This document shows positions 12,401-23,905 of a DNA stretch of 64,000 nt, one piece after another. The stretch is from Catajapyx aquilonaris (Eukaryota), in assembly GCA_000934665.2 (NCBI GenBank), contig KZ538508.1:1-64000 (forward strand), written 5' to 3'. Each line of letters begins with the position of its first letter. Positions within the stretch are counted from its first letter, which is position 1. Below the pieces are notes generated by a model. That model did no database searches. It saw only the letters and a list, made by a program, of their open reading frames with translations, and was not told where the DNA came from. A program made the translations under genes and the position numbers.

Positions 12401-15400
12401 GGTAAGAAAATTCAAGTATAAGGTGTGGTAAGTACTACACAAACATGTTGGGTTGACTGGAAGTGAATCTACGACAAGGACAAGGTGGGTGTTACCTACT
12501 AATCCCCCCATTTTACAGTAGTACATCAATAACATGCAGCTTCACATACGGTAAGCTCCCTTTATTATATTGAAAGTCATGTGGTCAAATGCAACAGTTT
12601 TAATAGGTGAGTATTAGATCCAAATGAAGTGTAAATGAACCAGTAGTTATACTGTAGTGACATATACCACAACCAGGGAGAAGTTCAACGAAAGAAAGAC
12701 TCCCAAGTATATTTGTATATGTGATTCAGCTACACGGCTGTAGGAAAGAAATTTATAGGTTGTAAGAGATGGTATGTAAGGAAAAGAGAGCTACATAATT
12801 AAGAATAACATTTTATTGAAAACTGCCTGTTACCTTAGGCTAAGTTGGTGTTTAGGTCAACCTCCATGTCATACGGATGCTGTCAGCATTAGTGAAGATA
12901 TTATTCAATTTATCGATTGTGTACACGAACATAAACCTCCTGCCTGCATTGGCAAGAAGCCACAGTGTTGTTTACAAGAAGCTGGCAGATAATGGATTAA
13001 GCACAAGAAAATTAATACCTATTCCATTGATTTAAGCCCACTAGAGAAACTGGTGATTGTGTCATATTCCCGGTACATTTCAGTAATAATAATAAGGTTA
13101 TGTAGAATTAAGGACATATTACCACATAGCACAAGGGAAGGTGTAATAGGCAGTTTTCAAGAATATAAATTATTACAATTTTAGGTGGTAAGTGATGGCT
13201 TTCTAAGTTGTTATTTAGTAGTCAAGGTCTGGAATTTCAGATTTGAAGCTCCTAGGAAGCCAGTTTTAGAAAATGTGGTAAACACGGATGCATTTTTCCA
13301 GTTGAAGACTGCACTAAAGAGCTTCACATATCGCGGGGTGAGAATTACAAGGTTGCAACTACATTGACTTTTCATTGCAGTTACAACCTTGTAATTTTCA
13401 CCCTGCGATATGTGATCCACCTGAGTTAAATGGCACATATTGCTTGAGGGTCTAAAAGCGAGTTGCTGATGTCACATTCCTTCATCAGAATTAAATTAGG
13501 AAATGGAAGTTAGGAAATGCATGATATGGACTGTGTCTTGGAATACCCCAACTGACAACTTGAACATAGGCCTGAAAATCCCTGATATGTAAATGAATGG
13601 AGGCATTAGGTAAGTGTCTCTCTTCTATGGCAGTGTCACCTGAACATGCATAATATGTGTTTATTAATGGCATATACATGCTAAAACCATACTTGATGCA
13701 AATAATTCACAAGAATGAGAAATTAGCCTGTCATGAAACAACATGTTAGCCTTCTTGTTCCTGAGTAATGTGTTGGCATTGTATGAATAATGTGAAGTGA
13801 GGTTATTTGCTACTCGATGGACCTAACAACCTTAAGTTACATCTTCAGAATGCTCACCTTGGGATGAAAATTGTGAGAGTAGCCAGCATGAACTAGAGAT
13901 GGTGCCTGTCACATTTGTAAATATCATGGTAAATATTAATTTTTATATGCCTTTGAGTGGAATATGCTTAGGGTCTGACAATAATTATTATGATCATGCA
14001 GTTGGTGTGACAATCCTGAATTTCCTATCAGATTCGATGATGTAGGTATTTTTATAATAAAATTAAGATGGAAATTAAGTGAATTGCGAATCTGAAAAAT
14101 GTCTAGTCGTGTTTTTTTTTTTGTAAGGCTTCTTAAAATTTGGTAATGGTGCTCAAGTTATGCCAAAATGTAAGTAGTGTATGAAAATACCTGACTTTTA
14201 AAGCTGTGGGTGCAATTACTGTATAATTTAACCAAAACTGAGTAGCATTTGCTGACTCTTGTGGTATTTAGAACTGCATCCCACTTAACTTTGACTAGTT
14301 GCATGTAAACCAGAGCAAGGTTGATACTGGACCAGCCCTGAAATTTGACAATGCTGTAATAGCTGATTCATCAGTTGTCAGTATAAACATGTAGCACCAA
14401 TTGTAATGTCGGATCATTATATTTTATGAGTGGTTTTATGGAATTGTCAATTAACTGTGAGCCCAATATTTAAGCAACAACTTCTGGGACACTGGTGGGC
14501 TGGGTTTTTTAAATATTTTTTAAATAAGGATGACCTTTTTTTTTTGTTCCACTGGAAAGAGAACCTCGAATTCTACAAATCCGATAATAAGAATTGCACA
14601 CAATTTCTTGAGGCAAGTTCATTCATAATAAGTGACAGGGGTAGCCATGGAAGATGCCCGTTCACTGGCAGGCCAGTAACATGAATTGTGCTGAAAGGTA
14701 CCACCCTGCTCTCCAGGCATATTCAAATGTGAAGTGATTGTTAAAGGTGGTCCAGTTTACCTGACTTTGTTTGTAATATTTTCTTGTGCTGCATCAATTG
14801 CCTGAGTTCCATGGAACACTCATTCCTTAGATTGACTCAGCAAAAATAAAATCAGGAAGTCATGTCAGGTTACTATAGTGTGGCACAATATTCCTGGAAA
14901 CTACTGGAACCTCCTAAAAATGTGACATTATTGTGGCTTGGGCAGAGAAATATAATGCAACACATATTTAAAAATTATTCCATGTGCGTGCCATGGTATG
15001 AACCAATGGCCCAGAAAGAAGGAACAAAATATATATACCTTCTTGAAATGCATGCAGCTTGATGCAACTCCAATGCACTTGCAGGTAGTGAATTGCACCA
15101 CTTCATAAGATTGAGGAATACCTGGGTTTGAAGGGCATGGGGCAACAGAGTATGCAGAGAGACAGGCATCTATAAGTATTAAGTGGGTCATGTTGTACCT
15201 TTATTGTAATGTCAGCACCTCCACACTAGCTTTTGCATACAAAATTGCAGTCAATTGACCAAATGGTCTCGCACTACGATCCAAATTAGATTTAGTGAAT
15301 CAAGGGAATCTTTGACCTTTTTGTTTAACAATGTTAAGGCATAAGAAGAATGGAAAATGTGCCAGCACAGAAATTGAACATTGCGTCCTAATAACTGTTT

Positions 15401-18400
15401 TGAAATGTTGAATCTGAAATACAAGCATGTATGTGCTTTTCTGCTTTCCTCCTCCTTTCTTCTTACTCTTCTCTCACTGTTCCCTCTCCCTGCCTTAAAA
15501 AAAGACAGGCATTTCCCATATTGGAATATCTCACGGGTGTAGTCTGTTTGATAAAGGGAAATTTTGTGGAACAGTTACACAGAATCAATATGCATTTATA
15601 TCTAGGCTTCCATACCTAATGTATGTTGACTGTAGCCATCCTGTATGTTGGATATATAACTATACACTTGCCAGATGAACCAGCATATCCACTCATACTG
15701 ACTGGTGAGTCAGTACACCATTAGTTGTGTCCAAGTTGACATTGTGGATGCCATGGTATATGCCAGATGTCAGACTTGTATATGAACTACTAAAGCATAT
15801 TGACTGGTTGGTTTAAGCGCTTCTTTGTAGATTCTGTCAGCAGAAGTGAAGCAATTCATTTGGAGGCTAATTGTTCTTTTGGCTGCTCAGTTAACTACAT
15901 TAATTATCCATGTGTTGAGTGTATTTGGTTTGTAAATCTTATTATTGGCCATTTAGGAAGAATTCGGCCTATGTGGGGGAATAAATATACCTCACTTCCA
16001 AGGGGAACTGCATGGACTGAAGTCATTAGTGCTTAATATTAATCTAGGGGTTTTGAAGAAAAAAAATTACTTGATGTGACAACACACTCATTCTAAAGTA
16101 TCATGTTAGTAACTCGTGGGGAATTTTACAAATTTCCTAACATTATCCTAAGTGAAATGTGACATTGGGCTCAGGTGTTCTCGGTATGTGCTTAGTGCAA
16201 ATATGGCCTATTTGCAAAGTGCTGGACATAAATTTTGAAATCTGCAGCATGTGACAAATGAGCTTATTATTTATGCTTGAGTATTGATAAACCACATGGT
16301 AATGAGAAAATCATGACTAATAGGCTATGAGATTTTGTAGGTAATAAAGCCAATTTGGAAAGTGGCTAATACAATATTACTAGAAAGAGTTAGGAAGGGG
16401 AGGGAAAATGAATTTTCAAAAACCTTCTATCTCCCAGAGACAAATTGGGAGTGGGAAAGAAGGATTTAAAAGGAGTCCTGGAGGCTCCCATAATAAATTA
16501 TGTTGTAAGACTTATCATTCCAGAGACTAACGTGACAGGGGCTCAATGTGTAAGTGTTTAGGGTAATGGAGTTGCCCCAGACATTACTCTTGAGCTCCAG
16601 TGGGACAATTACCCCCAATTTTTCCCCTGCAACTGATTTCCCGTGCAGACGAATGTGTATCCGTCGGCCCAAAGGCGCAAAATGAGGGGGTTTGAGGGCT
16701 TCATACGTCGGGCGGTTGTAATTGTCCCATCAGATGAGGAATTCAAGAGGCGTTGTGAGAAGCGAGAAAAGGAGGAAGGCAAAGACGTTCCTGACACGGC
16801 AGTTCTCGAAATGAAAGGTAAATTTCTTGGCACCCAGTCTGAAAAAAAAGAGAAAAAAAAAATTTCATTGAAACATCCCAACTTCTCCCTTCATCCTCAC
16901 AAAACTAGAGAGAGAGAGAAAAAAATGCTTCTGATCATTTGAGAGGTGTGTATGTTACAGCCTACCAAAAATATTTTAACATACCTATATGCAAAGCATG
17001 ATGATTGGCTCAGCAATTTTTTTTTGTGTTGGTTTATGTTATTTTTTCTGCTTTTTTTTGGTACTGGTTGTTCACTGTAACATGTTGGATGGTCAACATT
17101 ATGAAGTTTCAGATGTGTGTACTAAATGAGAATGGCACAAAGCCATCTTAATTTGGAGCATGCACATCTGAAACTCCTGTTGTGGCAGCTGAGTTATGCA
17201 CCTGTTTCACCACTATAAACCCAACTAGTGCTACTTCGGCATTAATGCTTCATTCAGGTGTTGACATTTGACTCGATTGATTTCCCCTCCCACAATATCA
17301 GCCAACTTCAAGCTGCCGGAGAAGGGCAACATTTTTGAGGAGGTGCAGTTCATTGAGCTAGAAGACGATGCATCAAAGAGCCTGGTGCAGCAGTACAACG
17401 AGGAGGGGTCACGAGCAGGGTATGGGGGCTCTTCAAAGCGGTTTCGTGGAAATAACTATGGTGGTGGAAACAATCGTGGGCCACCAAGGCCTGGTTTCAT
17501 GAGAGGACGAGGTATGTTGAAGTGTCTTTTGATTTAACCCTTCTAAGAATGTCCTTCACTTCACACACAGGATTTGCATGAGGAATTATTTTTGCTGTTT
17601 ACCATTGTCATTTTTAGTAAAAGTTGTTCATAATGATGATGATAGATGAAAAAGAAAAGCTCAGTTTTTCCTTCTTAGTTTTCTGAGTTGTGAAAGTTTG
17701 TGCTTGTAGGTTATGAACTTGCAATTCTTTGGCTTTTAAAATAGCCACATGTAGCACCCCAGGAATCTCTAACCTTCTTTGTGTTCATGTACAGGTGACA
17801 TGCAGCGTGGACGTGGAGGATGGATGCCAAGAGGCGGGTTAGTACCATCAAAATTATTTTCTCTATTTTTCAACAGTGTTCAGTTTTAAAACTTGTGCTG
17901 TGTTTGGTAGGCCACCATATCGACCCATGGGCCAATGGGGTCGTGGAGGGGGTCGAGGCGGCCCACCTGCTCTGCCTCCTGGCAGGGGTGTACCTCCTCA
18001 TGGTGGAAATAGTCGTGGGATGAGAGGCAGTCCATCATCTGGTATGCGTAACCAAGGAGGATCTGGAAGGGTGAGGATCAACCAGGAAGCTGAATCCAAT
18101 TTTGGACATACCATTGCGATATCATCTAAGCTGAAAATATTGGTTAAAGAAGAGAATGGTAATGTGTTTGGGTGTCTTCATAGGGTTGGAACCAAGGAGG
18201 TTGGAGCAGTGGAGGTCAAGGTTACCAACCAGGATGGAGCAGCTCTGGATATGGAGGGGGGCAGCAAGGAGGATGGAGGGGGTATGGACAGCAAGGAAGT
18301 TACGGACAGCAAGGAGGTTATGGACAGCAAGGTGGTTATGGAGGGCAAGGAGGCTATGGCAGCGGAGGATACGGAAGTGGGGGAGGTTGGGGACAGCAGT

Positions 18401-21400
18401 ATTACCAAGGAGGAGGCAGTGGAGGTAGTGGTAGTTACTATGGTCAACAAGGACAACAGCAATGGGGACAAGTAAGTGTTTATTTTAAATAATTATGTAA
18501 CGATACAGGGTATTTTTTACTACAGCATATTGCATCTATCTGGAAAATGCAAACTTCCCCTCAGGCCATTTTTATTCTTGATTGTGGAGTCCCATGATGG
18601 GATTGGATTGGTGAAATCACTGCCATCTGCCAACTGATTGCTCGTACCCTTTGCTTCCTGGGAACCCACAATTGAAGCTTTCTGGAGAGAAGTTTGCACT
18701 TATTAGATCCCTGCAATGTGTGATAGTAGTGGGTGAGTGTTGTAAGTGGAAGGGTGTCTTGAGCCTCTAGCCTCGGCATTCATGTGTAAAGACCACAGGT
18801 ATAGCTGAGTCCAAGGGCCAGTTGTGTGAACATTAGTTAAGAGTAACAGTAGAGGTAGTTTATGTAAATGAGGGCTAACTCCATAACCGAAACTAATGTT
18901 CATACTACTGACGCTAAGTTGTGTGTCTGGATAGGCATAGGTTAATTGAGGGTAATGATGAATAAAATTAACCCTAATTGGGCAGGTTCTATTTTGTATT
19001 TGAAAATTTTCAAAGGGGTCTGCTAAAACACCCTGCTGGTCTGTTCTTCACATGTAATGTTCAAAATTGCATTTACAAAGTTCATCTTTGATAGATCAAA
19101 AAGGATGTGGAAGTTGGGTCACAGCTGACAAGCATGCTTTCATGCTGGGTGGGTGGGTGCATTTGTCTCAGGAACCCAAATATCCATTGCTGTATACATT
19201 GTTAAGAGTTGCATTTTGGACTTGTGTTGGGCCAAGGAATACACTGTCTGCCAGTGCCCCTACTACAGTAGTAAGAAACACCCTCTATAAATGACTGTTA
19301 CCAGCACCAGTGTTACTGATGTTTGATGGAAGCAGTACCAATGACTGCCTGTTACTGGACAGTACAGTGCTATGGTTAGGGCCACAGCCTCTGAGGTCCT
19401 GAGTTTCATCCGCAGTTCGTTTTCCTTATACGAAAAGTTTTAATGGGTTCTCTTTGTGTCCACAGGGGTTTTCTCAGGGTCCTCACATTCTTTCTTCTCC
19501 TTTTCTTCCTCCTCCCCTGCCAAAATCCATTGGAATGGCAGTTATTAAATAAAGTCTGGCAGTTAAAATCGTCACCCACGGTCGAGGAGTGGGTGTATAT
19601 ATATACAGGTCTGGAAACTTGCCCTCTTATCTCGTGGATCTTTAAGAGTCCCACCCGCTCGCTGATCACTAAATCGAGGAACAACACCCCTACACTGCGG
19701 CAAAATTATTACTATTATTCAGAACAGATGATGAGAAGGTGGATGCAAACAACCCCTGGCAGTGCAAAGGAACAAATGGACCATAACTACTACATTTGAA
19801 TAGGTGGTTTGGGAGTCTTGGTCCACCTTGTTCTGCCACCACCTGTGTGCCTACTGGGGCTTAAAGTAACTGAAGGAACGGGTCAACTGCCGAAACTAAA
19901 GCGAAGCGGCAACCCACCTAACTACTGATATGCCACTGTAAGGTTATGGGGGTCTGAGGGGGAAACCTATATGAAAAAAAGGAGTTGCAGTGGGGTGGGG
20001 TAACCAATTACACTGTTCAACAAGGGTATTATTTCTCTGGTAACAATGTGTGTTTCTTTAAGGCTTATTGCCGCTGATTCCAAATCTGCACTTATAATTG
20101 TGCTGTCAGGCACAGTTTTTGAGATGTATCGTTTTAAAGTTGGGAACGGTTGAGTAGGGGTTAAAAAATGTTTGAAACTGGGACACATAAGCAGGTCACC
20201 AAGTGGCATATGAAAGCAAGGTATGGTCGCCAAAACTGAATGTCTAGTCGCCATTCTTGTTTTAGACATGGTCACATTTTAAATATTAATTTATAATTGT
20301 GCGCCAACACCACAGTCACCAAGAGCTTCAGCAGGAAACAAATTGAAAATGTGACCAGAATCTTAGCAATAATTTTATTATTGACAGAAATGCAATTTTG
20401 AGAGGAAAAGCTAGTCGCCAGAAGTGGTAACTAGATTATTATCTTCGATCGCCAATTGATAATTTTAAGTCATGAAATGCAACTGGCGACAGCTAATTTC
20501 TAACCCTGGGGTCAATCCGAATCAAGTGGGTGTGGCATTCCATCCATCTCGTGTCCAAGAATTTGGGCCCTTCAAAATTAATGGTATATTTGCAAAACAT
20601 GTCCATTATTTTCTCGCGAGCCATGCATGAACCAGGCTTCAAACTAAACATATTAAACCTTGTGTGTGACAACAACTGTCACCAAATATGGCTGATGTTG
20701 AGCAAATACATAACTAAATGAAGATCTTGGGGGAAGAATGATCAAGGTCCACCTCAGGTGAAACTGAGATATTCCAATTTTAAATTTCAAAGGCCCATAA
20801 GGTTTCATTGTAAATCCCACTTTTGGGACCTTCCATTGTGACCTATGATCATTACTCCACAACCATGACCAGACCATCATATTCTGTACTAGTGAAAGTA
20901 TCTTGTGAGAGATGTAACTATTTATTTTACGTTACCCCGTGATAAGGCTGAGCCTTTTTAGGGGGGTGGAATACCACCATTTCACTCAATTTTCATATAT
21001 TAACTTCATTCACCGGTGCAAGGAGTCAAGGATGTAGGGTAAGGATAGGGATTTTTGAGGAGGGAACATAGGGTGCAAGTGCAATGTCTGTAAAGGGGTC
21101 ATGTGCTGTTCCCCAGGAGGTTAGGTTGCCAGACACCTCCTTGGTGCAGGTCAGAGACCCTCCTGACGCAGGTGAAAGGAAAGTTCCCTAGGCGGGGATC
21201 GAACCTGGGGCCTTTCACTTAGCAAGCCGACACGTTACCATCACGGCCACCACACCTCCCCGAGAGATGTAACTAATTTTTAACAAAAAGTGGACCGTGA
21301 GCGTTCTTCCCTCCAGGTCTTCAATTGTTGGGGTCCAAGTACAGTACCCTGCATTAATGGCTACGCACATACATCGCCACCTGTCCAAGAACGAGCGGAA

Positions 21401-22580
21401 TTAGGTGTCAGTGGGCTGCGTCTGAAATACTTGGGCAGCTCAAGATATCGCGGTTGATTCAAACGCTTGCTGCAAAGATGGAGCACAGCAGATCACAGAT
21501 ATATCTGTGGGATGAATTATAAGGCCATTGTGATTCCTATAAATGTATTGAGGTTGGAGGTTGTGAACCAGTTATTACACGGACCACGCGAATGCCTGTT
21601 AATCCACCGCGATATCTTACACTGTCTAGAGCGGTCTTGAGATCAAAGAATTTTGGACACAGCCCACCGACGCCTAGTTCCGCTCAATCTCGCCAGGTGG
21701 CAATGTCTGTGCATAGCCATTAATGCAGGGTACTGTACTTGGTCATGGTACTGAGCATGTGACTGATGGAATGCCACACACATTATTCTGGTTACATTTG
21801 AGAGGAAAACTAACTCCATAGGCGCATTCTCCTCGCGATTCTCTTTATTCGATATGTTTTTTGTGTTTGATCACTTCCACGAACCAAAAAAATTTATGCA
21901 AAAAAGGCCACATTTTCAGCCCTTTTCAAAATTTCGCGAATTTTTCCCTCCCCACAGTATTGCGCAATATGGCTGAAACTTGATATGCAGTGTTATGGCA
22001 TTGGTGTGGACAGCTGTAATTATTATCACCAAAATCTGAGGTGGTCTATAGATCGGTCAACATAAGAGTGCAACCAAGTGTGGTGCACAGGATGCAATCT
22101 TGGAATGAGAAGTGATCTGTTGTAGGTTACACTTATATCTGACACTGGCATGCCCATACAGATCACTTCGGATTCCATTATTGCATCCTGTGCGCCACGA
22201 CAATGCACACTCAGTTGAGTTCTTATGTTGACCGATCCACAGGATCATTTCGACCCACTTGATTCAGAATGACCCCTAGTCAACCATTACGAACTTTAAG
22301 ACGATATATCAAAAACTGTATCTGGCAGCACAATTCTAAGTGCAGATTTGGAATCAGCGCGAAAGGCAATATTTACGAATCACTATTCACATGTTCAGAA
22401 AAACGAAAAACTTTTTTTGTAGAACAGTGTTATTATTTATTAATTCCTTTCATTTTCAAGGGTGGCTATGGTGGCTATGGTCAACAGCAGCAAGGAGGTG
22501 GCAGTGGCTGGCAGAGTTACGGCCAGGGTGGAGGAGGAGGTTATGGAAGTTACAGCCAGCAGGGAGGCTACGGGAAATGA
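408..22580 (+). CDS. HNRNPUL1: hnRNP U / hnRNP U-like 1 family protein, 5'-partial (SPRY domain, P-loop domain, RGG/GYQ-rich C-terminus)
   Basis: Hand-spliced GT-AG exons with consistent phases: 408-550, 621-717, 2104-2216, 5752-6012, 6084-6206, 6687-6815, 16649-16817, 17302-17511, 17795-17837, 17911-18070, 18184-18471, 22461-22580 (TGA). Motifs [34 protein letters not shown] (Walker A), YNVLGTN, RNYILDQTNVY, then RGG and GYGQQGG repeats. N-terminal exons lie upstream of the window. The symbol is a family-level label. Confidence 0.93.
1951..2021 (+). ncRNA. Intronic box C/D snoRNA, SNORD52/snR78-like guide for 28S rRNA 2'-O-methylation
   Basis: Terminal stem AGC...GCT, box C ATGATG(C) at ~1955, guide CAGACTAGAGTC (1971-1982) then D' CTGA (1984-1987), D box CTGA (2015-2018). 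The guide is complementary to conserved LSU rRNA GACUCUAGUCUG. It lies ~85 nt upstream of the 3' splice site at 2103. Confidence 0.8.
2390..3782. mobile_element. piggyBac-like non-autonomous element with nested debris
   Basis: TTAA flanks (2386-2389, 3783-3786); ends CCCTTTGTCTCCTGCG / CGTGGGAGACATAGGG. Confidence 0.6.
4078..4340 (-). mobile_element. SINE family A, 5'-truncated copy
   Basis: Similar to 20931-21200 (TTACCCCGTGATA..., CCCCAGGAGGT-AGGTTGCCA); lacks the tRNA head. Confidence 0.6.
4340..5393. mobile_element. Kolobok-like element remnant with ~170-bp internal inverted repeat
   Basis: 4340-4514 is inverted relative to 5014-5188; the right end TTTTGAGTGGAGTGTCCCT-TTAA matches the MITE at 54179-54685. 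Confidence 0.55.
5441..5590. repeat. Small palindromic MITE
   Basis: Arms TTGGACATTAATCGAGTCATACTGCTAGCGACAT... / ...ATGTCGCTAGCAGTATGATTCGATTAATGTCCAA. Confidence 0.6.
6540..6618 (+). ncRNA. Intronic box C/D snoRNA with 28S rRNA guide
   Basis: Terminal stem GATCAGAC/GTTTGATC, box C GTGATGA (6549-6555), guide GCAGCGCCAGTT (6563-6574) before D' CTGA (6576-6579), D box CTGA (6606-6609). Complementary to LSU rRNA AACUGGCGCUGY. About 77 nt upstream of the 3' splice site at 6686. Confidence 0.78.
7628..8147. mobile_element. MITE (PIF/Harbinger-like ends), adjacent to a repeat (7440-7615) shared with 37575-37775
   Basis: GGCCATTCACACAC...TGATCTTCCCCGAGAAGAT is inverted at ATCTTCTCGGGGAAGATCA...GTGTGTGAATGTCC. 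Confidence 0.5.
8998..9303. repeat. Spacerless ~305-bp foldback palindrome (MITE-like)
   Basis: Arms pair over ~150 bp with few mismatches; centre at 9150/9151. Confidence 0.85.
10440..10815. mobile_element. MITE with ~120-bp inverted arms
   Basis: CCATTTGTGTAATCA...CCTCAGTTATCTC...TCATCCGAATTACTTC is inverted at 10695-10815. Confidence 0.6.
20921..21261 (-). mobile_element. tRNA-derived SINE, family A
   Basis: Minus-strand A box (TGGCCGTGATGG) and B box (GGTTCGATCCC); 14-bp TSD GAGAGATGTAACTA (20907-20920, 21262-21275); homologous copy at 44751. Confidence 0.85.
21342..21735. mobile_element. TA-flanked Tc1/pogo-type MITE
   Basis: TA-CAGTACCCTGCATTAATGGCTA... / ...TAGCCATTAATGCAGGGTACTG-TA. 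Confidence 0.7.
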
Positions 22581-23620
22581 ACACCATGACATGTATCCTC
22601 ACGTACCTGAAATGTGTAAACCTAACTCCTCATTTTTATTTTTATTTTTATTTCTAAAACAGAAGAAAAGGATGAACTTGACTAGATGATTAGGCATGCT
22701 GTTACAAAGCAGGAAATGATGTTTGCCTCTAGTATAAGGCAACATTCCTTACCCACTCCCCTCAAGATCATGTTAAACAGAGTAACGAGGCATTACGTAT
22801 GTGTTTAGTAGGTACAATCATATGATCTTGAACACTAAATTTGAAGTTTAGTTGGTTTTATGTTGGTGTAAACTGCATTAGGTGCTGATAAGTTGTAACA
22901 CTGCACTATATTTTTCTAGCTGGAAGTTTAGATCCTGTCCGAATTTTAAAACCACCTTTTTTTCATCCTACATTTTTACAGATAAATGTATGATTTTCTT
23001 GATCATATACAGTGTGTTTCCTAATAACACTGACAACTTTCTGGGGTGACCTTGGGCAGCAGAGGGTCACTTTATTTTTTACAGTTTATCCCTAGGTTTA
23101 GCTCTTTATTAGCCAGAGAAATGCAATCTGTCACTTACGCAGCACTAAACTGTAGATAAAATTACACTGGCATTTTACATGCATTGGGCATAGCCATCTA
23201 GGATTGACTTTTATCACGAATAAATGGGTTAACCTCTTAGCTCTCTGTTCAATGGAGGAAAACATTAATTGCGGAATCATTCATCAATCATGCACATTTT
23301 AAATTTTTATTGTTCATGAACAATGTGTCTCACAATATTTGCCATCGTCTTCCATGGCCAGAAAAATTGAAATTAAAATTCTGGAAGAGTCCTAGTGCCT
23401 GCTGTGGCCATTTCAAGTACAAGTTTTTTCTTCAAATCCTCATTTAAAGCCCAGGTTTTCACTACTCAGAGCAGATATTTAAAAAACTTCGTTTCACTTT
23501 TTCATCTAATATTATTAGGAACAAATTCCAATAAAAATTATCATGGGAGACAGCAAAATCAGGCCTGTAAGAGATCCTTTGTGATACCTAAATAGACCCC
23601 AATACTTGGAATGCATTGTA

Positions 23621-23905
23621 CAGTCGTTCTTGTTCATGGATTCAACCAACCACATATCAAAAATATTGGTAGGGGGATATATGAATTTCTGAAAACCAAA
23701 GCATGAATTTGCTGCATACCAAGCACAACAGTGCAACAACTATTTACATTGCATTAGGTATTATAAGGGATCTAGAGATTTTAATGTATATGGGAGGATG
23801 TGCATATGATATATGCTTATGCTGGCATATATTTGAGCATACACAGGTCTTGGTGTCCATGGAAGGTCCCAGAACCAATCCTCTGAGGATGTGGAGTGTC
23901 GATAG
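23621..23905. mobile_element. pogo/Tigger-type MITE resembling Tigger3/MER2
   Basis: TA-CAGTCG start; internal ACAACTATTTACATTGCATTAGGTATTATAAG-GATCTAGAGAT-TTAA-GTATATGGGAGGATGTGC and GAACCAATCC match my recollection of the MER2/Tigger3 consensus. Confidence 0.6.

Larger units (their letters stand above)
20508..22276. mobile_element. Non-autonomous DNA transposon hosting a nested SINE and MITE
   Basis: Ends GGGGTCAATCCGAATCAAGTGGGT / ACCCACTTGATTCAGAATGACCCC; related fragment at ~30020-30395. Confidence 0.55.

Noticed and set aside
14032..14045. Possible 14-nt poison microexon (CAG|ATTCGATGATGTAG|GTATTT)
   Set aside because: Weak donor; such matches are expected by chance in a 9.8-kb intron.
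17625..17718. Possible third C/D snoRNA (GTTCATAA/TTATGAAC stem, ATGATGA, CTGA)
   Set aside because: No canonical terminal D box and no recognisable rRNA-complementary guide.
17876..18475. 199-aa ORF with MDSKEV repeats
   Set aside because: It reads through an intron into the wrong frame of the GYGQQGG exon; the spliced frame explains it.
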